A DNA stretch of 36,420 bases, taken from Sphaeroforma arctica JP610. Lineage: Eukaryota. The translations under genes were made by a program, and so were the position numbers. The DNA lies in assembly GCF_001186125.1 (NCBI RefSeq), contig NW_014040492.1:5418-41837 (forward strand), written 5' to 3'. The notes under the pieces were generated by a model. It did not search any database. It saw only the letters and a list, made by a program, of their open reading frames with translations, and had not been told where the DNA came from. Within the stretch, counting starts at the first letter, position 1, and each line of letters starts with the position of its first letter. Positions 25,446 through 36,130 of the stretch are shown here, piece after piece.

Positions 25446-26232
25446 GTTCTTGTTTCTAGGTCAGTGTATTCTTGACCATTGTGTATGTGCTCATTGGCTT
25501 CTTTCAACACATTTGATGTTTTGATGTTGAATGTGTCTTCGTGTAGTCGTGACAATCTGTCAGCAACTTCATTTTTTTTGCCTGGCACGTGCATAAAAGT
25601 GAAGTGGTGATGGAATGTTTTCGCTATCCATTTCGCGAGCATGGGATACAGCATTTGCTGTTGGTTCATCTGGCATAACGCTTTGTGATATGTCCACAAT
25701 GTTATATCGCCTTCTTTGATGTATTCTGAAAAATGTTCCAGACTGTATACAAGTGCTAACAACTCTTTAGTATTTGTCCCATATATTTGTTGTGCAGGGT
25801 TGAGAACTTTTCAGAAATAGAGTATATCTCTTCTGACTCCATCTACTATTTGGATAGACATCTTCCTATGCCATAGTCACTTGCATCGTTCATGATCTGA
25901 AATGGTACTCCATCCACTGGGTACGCCTAAGTTGCTGAGCATGCAATGGCATCTTTGAGTTCTTCCCATTTCTTAATGAGCTCTGGTGTCCAAAGATTGG
26001 CTATATTCTGATTCATTTTGCCTTTCATGAGATTGCGGAAGTGTTTCGTTATGTGTGCAAACTGAGGTATGTGGTCTCGCATGTAATTTGCTAGACCGAC
26101 TGCTTGATGTAAGGTACGTTTGGTTCTTGGTAAAGGCCAGTCAATCATGCGTTTCTGTTTCTCTGGGTCTGTTTTGAGCCCTTTGGTGGTTACCTTGACG
26201 CCTAGTATATTAACTGTCTTGACTGCAAACGC
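25446..26232 (-). pseudogene. Ty3/Gypsy pol fragment (RT C-terminus, connection, RNase H), truncated by the LTR at 26233
   Basis: VNILG..TDPEK..IDWPLPRT..VGLANYMRDHIPQFA..W; PVDGVPFQIMNDASDYGIG; AQQIYGTNTKELLALV; HVPGKKNEVADRLSR. One stop at 25927 plus frameshifts. Confidence 0.92.
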
Positions 26233-26463
26233 TGTGGTCAGAATACAAGTACTTGGGTTTTAGTTGTATATTTTAGTTATTTTAGTTTTTTTACAGTTTA
26301 TCAGAATAATCGGATAAACTTGGTTTTTGCTGACTATTACAGCACATGAATTATGACTTACTTTTAGAGTCACTAATTTTACAATTACTAATAAATGAAC
26401 AACGTCTCCCTCTCTACGGAAGGAGAACGTTGAGATACAGTTATCCAGCGTTTACTTACTACA
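26233..26463 (+). repeat. LTR copy 1 (231 bp)
   Basis: Starts TGTGG, ends CTACA; AATAAA at 26390; differs from copy 2 by 5 substitutions and 1 indel (counted by eye). Confidence 0.95.
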
Positions 26464-28287
26464 TTTTTAGCTTACTTTAGAAAGTTGTTAGTTTATTAGT
26501 AATTATAAGGAAGCTATGGAATAAGTAATAGCCGGTAGCTAGGATAATTTTTTTATTCTAAGGACAATTTAAGAATAATAAGCACAAAGAATGTAGCATC
26601 GAATTGACGAGATCTCCCGACATTTACCGGACGAAGAAGGAGATAGTGGGGTCTCGAGTAGTGAGACTAGTGATACGATGCCACCATTACTGTCGACTAG
26701 CAGTAGTGAGGCAGAAGAAGACTAGAGACAGGAGAACTACGGGCAGAGCCGTAAAGAACCACCTGCGGTTGGTGAAATCGAGGAGATTAGATTTAGAATC
26801 AGCAGACGCGAAATGGCTCACCATATTGAACGATTTAGACTAACTGAGCGTCGAACTAGCAATGTGTGGACGACAAGACCGAGGGAGTCGAGTGAAACCG
26901 AGAAGGAACCATTACAATCAAACACTATATCAGCCCAGGAGCAACAAGGAAGGTCCCAGAATGAACAGACAACGAACCCAGAAGAAGAATAAAAAATCCA
27001 CAGATAAGTAGTCACGTGTGAGTATAGGTAGGATGGTTGTGGTTGTATGAGACAAGTGCAAATAGTGTGTGGAGAGGGGGGCAATGAGTGTAAACGATAA
27101 ACTAGGAGTTTTTAGCGGAAAGGAAGAAGGTAGATAGAATATACAGTAGTCGAAATGGGGGGTACACATGGTGAGAGCCGATTCGTCTAGTACTACGATA
27201 CATGCAGTAGCGATACACTATATTATTTTACAAACTTTACAAAGGAATTAGGCATCAAGTTTGAAGAATTTGAGTTAGTTGCTATACAGGGTAAACCAGA
27301 AGACATAGTACACACGTCAAAGGACAAAACAACGTACACAGATAGTCGATACTGAAGGTTATATGACTTAGACAATATACATACACGCGCACAACAAACA
27401 ATACACAAGGAACTAGGAGTTAGGACCCTGACAGAGTTATTTGTTGGGCTTATAACTTATGGATAAATAGACGGCAACGTTTATTAACATAATTTACTTA
27501 AGTCTAACCATAATCAGGTAGCACCGAAGTTGAGAAGCGACAACTAGCTACGAACTGTAAATACAACTAGAGGACGAATAAGGCGATTTAGTTCGGGTCG
27601 TCGACGGAAGAAGTTGTCGCAGCAAGAGTACGGAAGCGGTGATACGCATCTGTATGCTTAGCTTATGTTAAGCATATATAAGGTGGAAACGTACATACTA
27701 CGAACAATGTCGGTAGCACAAGGTTAAAATTGTGAAATTGACAAACATTCATACACAAATCACTGGAGCTTCTAACTATATTAGGTACTGGGAACGGCTC
27801 AGGAGCACGCACAAAAGATGTGGTTTGCGATAACAGAGTAGAGGTGAAATATCTAACACATAGGTCTTAGGTTGAAGAACATAATATCACAACCGCAACG
27901 GCACATGCCAAGAAGAGCGATCAGGAGCGATAGATGAAGTATACGATGAGGTTCCGAGGCTAGGCGGACATCAGGTCGGAGCAAGAGCAACCGAGGGGCA
28001 GGCTGAGAGGATGCTCCGACCAGCGGGGCACACATCAACAAGATAGTTGTTCGAAGGAGAGTAAGACATCAGTTAGTGTTAGATGAATTTTGATTCTCTA
28101 TACTTCCAGGGTCGGTGAGTGTAATAAAGTAATCACGAGTGAGCCCACGAGTTCCTCGAGGATCAACGTCGAGACGTCATGTGTTCGAAGGATGGACTCT
28201 GATTAGAAAATGGGTATTTACATTCAATTCTCTACTAGTTCGTTCGCATACATTTCCAGTTCTCCATTGACACATAACTCCCAGGCC

Positions 28288-29875
28288 ATGTCCAATCCCC
28301 GCCAAAGTCGCAGACATCAACACTTGAATCCTGAGCGTCGCAAGGAAGATGATATCGACCGACGTGGGACTAAGCGTCGTCAATCCCATCCGGACCGCTC
28401 TGATCCACACCCAGGACAGGCTCTGGAGGGGCAACAACAGGCACGTCTAAAGGTTCTACACTCTGTTTCCGCTGACGACAAACAGTCACCAACGGCACAC
28501 GAAGATGAACCTGCTCAGTCCGAAGAAGACATCGTCTTCGAGGGTGAGACCAAGGGAGTGCCCAACCTGCGTGCGTACCGGAGTCAGACCACTACTGGTG
28601 AATATTTAGCCAGTAAGGGTCTGTCCTCTCGTTCGTCTTCGGGTACTTCAGGAGCCTTATCCTCCAGTAATAACCAACCACGCCTTCCACCTAACAAACG
28701 TAGGCGCTACCGGCGTCGCACTAACAACAAGGACAGGGTACGGGACCAATCGTCAGCTCAGACCCTTACTGAGCTAATGGCGCAGCAGCAATCACTCTTA
28801 GAGAAGTATGAACAGAGGTTGCGGCGCACAAATGCCGGGCGACCTACAACAGGGTTGGCTGCCAATGAGATAGCTACTGGCACACACGAGCGGGTACAGA
28901 CGTCGCTAGGCAGCGAAGACAACCTACATTCCGTATCCAAGGTCGTACGCGACCACACCATGGACTCGGGTACGAATCACCTGGGTCAGAGAACAGTTCA
29001 ACCGAGGGGGAGGAGTCTCTGTCTTCTATTGAGAACACACCATCTTTTCAGGAGTTCGCGCGTGAACAGATATTAGCCAGGCAGAACCCCTACGGGAGTG
29101 AGGCGTTGAAGAACAGGCAGGATCGGCTAAGTACGAACTTTCGCAACAACAGTAACGACAGTCGTTCGAGAAGGAAGCAGCCAGTGAGTATGTACAGACA
29201 CCTAAGCGGCATGAGAAGGATACGCCGGTGCCTCCGCCCACACCGGCTAGTATTGAGTAAAGCCGACAAGTACTACATGCACGGATACTACACTTGAGCG
29301 ACGAACTATGCCAGACAGTCGAGGAAAATAATACGGCTCGAGCTGAAGCTCTTAGGGGTGCGATCGAAACGCTTCGAGCTACGCTAGAGTCTCGACCAGT
29401 GGAAAAGCGTCCCGTACCATCACCACGTACATGGCCCGATTGGCCGTCGAATAGATACCACCTACACGATATCATGGAACGGGATACGAGAGGGGCTCTC
29501 CTTGAGGCGTTCAAGAACGCGCAAATCGCAGGGTTAGATGAGAGTTGGAGCCTTACATGGTTCCATAAAGTATTAACATACGTCAAGGCGGAGAAGTCAA
29601 CATTGGACTACATCCGCGACAGACAACTCTGAACGTTTAAAGATGTGGACGCTACAGCTACAAATCGAACAGATCTGCTCGCATGAGACACAGGCCACAG
29701 TCAGAACATACATACACCTATAATGGAACAAACGACACAGCTCATGGAGAACCATAGGAGGGCACGTAAACGATGCTAGACGGATGCAGACTTCCAACTG
29801 AATTTATTAAACTACTGCATTGTACAGCTGTTAGAAGAATCTCTCAACGGCCGGACGTATGAACGTACTTTACAA
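28288..29875 (+). pseudogene. gag-like region of the RT-less LTR element (frameshifted, with stops)
   Basis: ATG at 28288, low-complexity basic N-terminus, helical segments in ORF 29294-29632, position upstream of a Zn-knuckle-like motif and integrase. Gag identity is positional inference. Confidence 0.6.
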
Positions 29876-31810
29876 TTGCATCCCAAATGGCAATTGATGG
29901 AGACACACGAGCTTCTACAGCTGTTGAGCCCCGACATTCAGGACGCACAGCAGCGTAAGACGGCGCGACTCCAGAACCGTAATAATCGAGAGGGTCTACC
30001 GAACAACGGGGGACGCGACTATACCAATAGCCGCCCTAACCCACAGACAGTTCGACGACAGTCGCAGAACTGGACTCAACGTCCCCAACCGCCTCTACCT
30101 ACGACTTGTGCTGGATGTCAGGCACAAGCACCACCAGGTTCACGACATATTCCGCGATGTCATCATTTCCTGGCGTCGCAACCAAGGGGTACGGATGGAC
30201 GCACAAGGCCATACGACAATATCCACCCCTCGAGAGACGCACAATCGGCAGACAGACCGACCACAGCGTCAACCTCTGGACAAGGGCAGAACAACACCCA
30301 GGGTAGCGAATTAATAACTACGCGTCCGACTCCTCGAGTACAGGTAAAGGCGATTAGGGGACACACAGTGATTGCACGAGTGGGACCCCCTAACGGGTTT
30401 AAACTGGACCCGCTGTTTTCACAACGACTCGGGTGTGCAGAACCCAAACACACGGCGTACGTAATGTGTTTAGACACGGCACGAGAGGGTCAACCGGCAT
30501 TTGAGCGGGCGAGACCAGAAGAACAACAACGCCGTACGCGACTCACACAAGCGCACCACGAACAAGGACGTCATGGTGCGGCTGATACAGTTCAACAACT
30601 CCGTCAGAACGGTCATGTGTGGCCGGGCGCACTTGAGTTGGCAACGGAAGTTAAACGGCAGTGCGCTACATGTTTGGAACAGGATACGCTTCGTAAAGGT
30701 TTCCACCCGATGATTAGCATTGACGCGCGCTACCCGTGGGACCATATTCAAGTCGACTATATCCCGATGCCACTTGAGTCCAGACGAAAGAACAATTATA
30801 TACTTCACGTCCTGGACATTGCTACAGGCTACTCAATCCTTCGAGCGACACCGGACAAGGCGAAGGAGACGACGGCACAGACATTAATATAAGTTTTTGG
30901 CGAGCATGGTTTCCCACGGGTGATCCAGACAGACATGGGGAATGAATTCATTAACAAGATAGTGGAGCTACTGGTCCAAGAAGTGGGTATGCTACACAAG
31001 GTGTCACCGCCATATCGACCCCAAGTACTGGGTGCTGCTGAACGGCGTCAAAAGGATATTACACGTTGCATTCGACAATGCTGTGAGGCAGTTCCTCTAC
31101 GATGGGACGAACGCCTTCCGTTTACGATGCTCTATCAGAACCTTCGGATGTCCCGACGTCACAAGAGCGCGCCGTTCAGTGTATATTTTGGCCGCCGTCA
31201 TGTACCATTTCCCGACTTCACTGATGACTTACCGGATACCTAGCCGATGACGAACGACACCTGGGCACAACTGTTAGACCAGTTGCAGGTTACCATACTG
31301 CCGACTCTCCACTACATTACCAAGAAGTATACAGGCAAACTTACGAAGACATTTGACCGCCTGCACGCTCATGACTTGGTCCATTTCGACGAAGGCGATG
31401 TGGTTATGGTACGATCGGAGGGTAGAACGACTAAGGCAATGCGGCCACTGTTTGGGCCGTATGTGGGGAAGGCCAGAATCGGACAACGATATGAGTTAGC
31501 GAATAAAGACGGATCCGCCCCTCCAGAATTCAATCACAAACCGGAACGGGTGGAACTCCTCCGGTTAGTGCATAGGCGCACAGACCCACCACGTAGCAAC
31601 GAATTCTGGACAGAAGGAGGTGTTGAGTTTCGCCACATTATTACACACCGTACTAATGATGAAACAGGCAAATTGGAATACTTGGTGCGATGGCGTGAAG
31701 GCGATCCAACGTGGGAAACATCGGAGGCTTTTGATGATGCCAACGATATCGCGGCCTGCCACAAAGCCTCGCAGACACGGACACGTAAACGCCAACGTGC
31801 CCAAATATAA
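29876..31810 (+). pseudogene. Gag C-terminus fused in frame to Gypsy integrase (HHCC, DD35E, GPY) and chromodomain; two in-frame stops
   Basis: Single frame across ORFs 29876-30892, 30920-31243 and 31247-31810 (stops at 30890 and 31241). Motifs: CAGC-x9-HIPRC; HHEQGRHG..CATC; HIQVDYI; IQTDMG-35aa-E (AAERR); LFGPY; IITHR..EYLVRWREGDPTWE. Confidence 0.93.
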
Positions 31811-31870
31811 TTTTTTATCTTCAGATATGCCTACTCGGTAGGACGGTGCGCTCGAACCATAATCGTCGAG

Positions 31871-31978
31871 CACTCTAGCTCCCGAGTATAAACCAGCCAC
31901 TCTAGCTCCCGAGTATAAACCAGCCACTCTAGCTCCCGAGTATAAACCAGCCACTCGAGCTCTGGAGTATAAAACAGC
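31871..31978 (+). repeat. 27-bp tandem repeat x4 in the element 3' UTR (CACTCTAGCTCCCGAGTATAAACCAGC); two related units at ~32180-32240
   Basis: Units start at 31871, 31898, 31925 and 31952. Confidence 0.92.
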
Positions 31979-32311
31979 GATATCTACTAGACAATTCCTT
32001 GGGCTCTGTTTGGAATCATCGGGTTAACTGGTTTGCACGGTTTCTGCTATTGGCAGTTTTTCTCCGACACAGATATAGTTCTATACTGTACTTGCCAGAA
32101 CGCATATATGGTGTCACTACTGAACAGTTGTCTCAAGTATTCAAAACGACGGGTTACTCGAGACGTACACCTCGGGTCCTCTAGCTCTCAGAGGATAAAT
32201 GCCAGCACACTGCTCTAGCTCTTAGAAGATAAATGCCAGCAACTAAGTCACTTGGGTATTCCTCACTATCTCTAAAACTGGCACACTGCTTTTCGGTCAG
32301 TGCTTCAGTTT

Positions 32312-32320
32312 GGGGGGGGG
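32312..32320 (+). promoter_or_regulatory. Polypurine tract (plus-strand primer)
   Basis: G9 run ending 1 nt before the TG of LTR copy 2. Confidence 0.85.
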
Positions 32321-32321
32321 T

Positions 32322-32551
32322 TGTGGTCAGAATACAAGTACTTAGGTTTTAGTTGTATATTTTAGTTGTTATAGTTTTTTACAGTTTATCAGAATAATCG
32401 GATAAACTTGGTTTTTGCTGACTATTACAGCACATGAATTATGACTTACTTTTAGAGTCACTAATTTTACAATTACTAATAAATGAACAACGTCTCCCTC
32501 TCTACGGGAGGATAACGTTGAGATACAGTTATCCAGCGTTTACTTACTACA
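32322..32551 (+). repeat. LTR copy 2 (230 bp)
   Basis: TG...CA, ~97% identical to 26233-26463. Confidence 0.95.
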
Positions 32552-32592
32552 TTGTAATATAAACGTACTCTTAAAAGTACGTAAACTCTTAA

Positions 32593-34422
32593 AATGGGGT
32601 TTAAACGCGCATAAGTAAGTTAACTACTGAAAACACTGATCTTAGGAATCAGTTAGCCGCCCTTATGAAAGGCATGACTGTCGAACATGTAGATCAAATG
32701 TATGGACCAGGAAAACACGCACAGCACTTACGCGAGCATGTTTCTCCGTGCACTACTGAAGCCCTACAGAAGTGGACAGAACGTCGACTGGCAATTACGC
32801 CCGAAAAGCGTAAGGACCTGAGCGCTACACCTGTGGCAGTTGAACCAAATGTGCTCAGTGTATTTATACCTTACGAGGTACTACCACCAGAACTCCAGGC
32901 TAATTTTTCGACTGTTCTAACGCCCGGCCATTAGTCGCCCGTCCTTTAGTGTATTACAGACCCAGAGGCAGGTAAAAATACTCCGCCACCTTTACCCAAC
33001 TGGGATGACAATTGTCGGAAACCAGTTAAGACTGGGTATGTCATCCAGACGTATGAATCACCCAAGATTACAATACCAACAACTATCCAAGGAACAGAGC
33101 ACCGAAAGGCCTCGACCATGGGAAAACTTTACAAGGGGTAATAAACACTCCCGTAAACGTGTTAACGATGTCGAATTTAATCGCTGCGATCGCACCGCAT
33201 TACACCAACCCGCAGAGGATTTCCACTCTGACGAGGTGACCGAACTTAATAAATCGGTCGACGATTACACCATTTAGATGGAAATCGCCCATGACGAGCA
33301 CCTAGCTGAAGACGTATCATATTTTGCTAATTTGAACGCGATCAAGCAGAAGAGCATCGATCAGCTACTTCAGGCCCAACGTGGACAATACCACCGGGAT
33401 AACCAGAAGTATAAGGGACATATCAGTCGACTTAAATCGAACTGGGATGTCAACAGCAAGCAGGTTGAGTTTATAAACAACCATGACCTCGACACGCTAA
33501 CCCGTACGCTTAATGCGTTTACGGTCATGCTGGAGACGAATTATATCGCTCCCCAGCAATGGATTTCCGCTTTAATGCAACCGTTTGACCCTACAGGAAC
33601 AAGTTACTTGATCCTGCAGCGACACCATCATGAGCTAGACACTTGTCGTGACTGGCCAGCTGTGTGTTGGTTGGTTACGTCTTTATTAAGCAAGGACATG
33701 CGCAGTCCAGGACTAAGTTCAATCTTAACTGAACCAGTTGAGAATACTCCTATTCAGAGTTACATTCTAAAACTGTTGACCTTAAACGTCCAGATATAAC
33801 AAAGGACAAGGCACAGCGATGATACGAGTTCTTGGTTATGCAGGTTTTCTGTAAGAACATAGGGAACAACGACCGTGAAAGTCTGTACATCGAGTTGCGA
33901 CGTAAGTACGCACTGAGGCTCGAGACAAGGGACATGAAACAAGGTTTTATCTATCCCGACTTACGTGGGAACCGTTTTATGATACTGTATCCACTCTTTT
34001 CCCCACACACCGAGTAACCTCGAAGGGAAAGGCGGTAAATAAGAAACCGTGCCAGCTCCCTGATCAAGGATACCTCTTACGCCAGACGTCAGATGATAAA
34101 CCTCATCAGACGCGTCCTAACCAGACACGTGCTCGCGACTCCACTCAATCAACACGACTCAATAAATGGGCACGCGCGGAGACGAAGCGCAAGGAACCTC
34201 CATTTAAGGAGCTTAAGAAATGTGCCGACGCACAGTGTGGGTATGACATGTACCAATTGACCCCTAACGGGGATTGGAATGGCAGACATGCACCCACCTG
34301 TACACACTTTCTTACTATGTGTGACAAGTGTGAGAAGACTTACTATGTGTGACAAGTGTGAGAAGACCAATGGCTATCACGCCAAGTCTTGCGACAAAAG
34401 GCCCGACATTAAGTTGGAGTGA
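32593..34422 (+). pseudogene. gag-like region with Zn-knuckle-like motifs (disrupted)
   Basis: Consecutive ORF pieces 32665-34017 (incl. FTVMLETNYIAPQQW..DWPAVC..IQSYILK). C-terminal CADAQC..HAPTC and CDKCEKTNGYHAKSC; a 28-bp duplication at 34311-34367 shifts the frame. Confidence 0.65.
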
Positions 34423-34479
34423 AAGTACTACCAGGTACAATAGTTACAAAGGAAATACAACGACTCCTTAGATGAGCGT

Positions 34480-35316
34480 GTAATACTTCCTGTATATTGC
34501 AACGGAAATAAAGTCCTTGCATTGATTGATCCTGGTTCAGAAATTTCATGTATATCCGACCGCTTTGCATTAATGAAAGACATTGAAAGGCGAATTCAAA
34601 CCACTCACCTAATTTTAGCAGATGATAAAACTTCTAAGTGTGATACCATGACCACAGATGTTAAAATATCCCTGGCCGATGATAGAAATATCACAACTCA
34701 AGCTGTGATCGTTAAAATGTTACAGAAGTACGACATTATAGTCGGAATGAGCGATTTACTCACTCTAAGTATAACCGTAACTGGTTTACCAAATAACACA
34801 GATCCATTAAAGGATCGATTAGACGATAACTGTCTGAAACCATGTAAGCTCCCGTCAGATACAGTCAATGTATTAATACCTGACTTTGCGGACAAAAGCA
34901 TAGATCTGGTTCTAGTAAATAAAAAGATAAAGATCACAGATTGGGCAAAATTCCGTTTTAACGACGGATATGTCAGCCTTGACTTAACCAAGGTAGACTT
35001 TACTAAGCTCAGATGCTCTTCAAGAAACTATGTTTCTTGGAGACACGAAGCTGTAGTTAAAGAACAAGTTGAGAAATGGTTATCCGATGGGGTAATCGAA
35101 ATCAATTACCAACAAACGCCAGTTAACTTAGCAGTATTGGCAGTTGATCAACACAATTCTGATGGAACATTTAAGAAAGTCAGAGTATGTCTAGATATGA
35201 GTCCAATAAATAAGTTATTGCCGACTCGCAGTTTCCATCTCCCTCGTATAAACGAGTTACTGAGACGAATGCAAGGTGCTACGGTGTTTACATACATAGA
35301 CCTAACACAGGGGTTT
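34480..35316 (+). pseudogene. Retropepsin protease and N-terminal part of reverse transcriptase
   Basis: ALIDPGSEISCIS and YDIIVGM (protease); WLSDGVIE, KVRVCLDMSPINK, FHLPRINELL, FTYIDLTQGF (RT through motif A). Confidence 0.92.
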
Positions 35317-35690
35317 GTTGTACAAGGACCAGTCGATGGCGTGCCTTTTGAAATAGCAACGGACGCATCAGACTTAGCACTCGGAGGTGTACTATACCAG
35401 GTTATAGATAATAAACCTACAATTCGTTAGCCGAGCAATGAATGCATCACAGTTGAATTATCCAACTATGAAGCAAGAGCTACTAGCCATAGTAGCAGCT
35501 TTAACACACTTCCGCGGTTACTTATACGGAACAGCTTTTACGCTGATGTGTGATTAGAAGACTCTTTTGGAAATGAAGCCAGACTCTCAATTACTGAGCC
35601 GATGGCATGATACAATATCAAAGTTTCATTTTGATATCAAACATCTACCAGGGATACATTACCATTTACCGGATATGTTATCACGCTTCG
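35317..35690 (+). pseudogene. Ty3/Gypsy RNase H (frameshift ~35428, stop ~35555)
   Basis: PFEIATDASDLALGGVLYQ; SRAMNASQLNYPTMKQELLAIV; FTLMCD*K; RW..DIKHLPG..LPDMLSR. Confidence 0.92.
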
Positions 35691-35731
35691 TACCGGACTT
35701 TAATAAATCCGTACGTGAGTTACTAACCACT

Positions 35732-36130
35732 GATTGGAAATGTAACCCCAGGTGGTTTGAACTGGCTCAAAAAATATTTGGGCCACATACAGTTGACATG
35801 TTTGCTGCACATCATAATGCACAACTTAAGAATTACAGGAATTTAAATCATCCTTTAGGAAATGCCTTTCAACTAGACCTCTCCAAACATAATGCGTGGG
35901 CTAATCCACCATGGCAGTTAATTGCCCAATAACTAAATTATGTTCATATACACAAAGCTACCATCTCGATGTGTTGCTCATTACGGAGTAAATATCCATG
36001 GCTCAATAAATTAATAAGCATTATACAATGCGAGTCAATATATTTAGATAGGGAAGTAGATACTTTCCTATATCAGGGTACCCGAGTCGTCCAGAAGACG
36101 CCCTGGAGACATACTATAATATGTCGTATA
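35732..36130 (+). pseudogene. DNA N6-adenine methyltransferase domain (phage-Dam/DIRS-MT-like) in frame with pol; one in-frame stop
   Basis: DWKCNPRWF..FGPHTVDMFA..N..NAF..WANPPWQLI..*..YPW; DMFA at 35795, NPPW at 35903-35914, TAA at 35930; same frame continues to TAA at 36407. Confidence 0.85.

Larger units (their letters stand above)
26233..32551 (+). mobile_element. LTR element (6.3 kb) of chromovirus type encoding gag-integrase-chromodomain but no PR/RT/RNase H
   Basis: Direct TG...CA repeats 26233-26463 and 32322-32551, G9 PPT before the second, internal gag-like and integrase ORFs. Flanks AACGC/TTGTA do not form a TSD. Confidence 0.9.

Noticed and set aside
34528..34536. Protease DPG instead of DSG/DTG as a novelty
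   Set aside because: It is one nucleotide from DSG in a decayed copy, and DPG variants occur in other Gypsy elements; uninformative.
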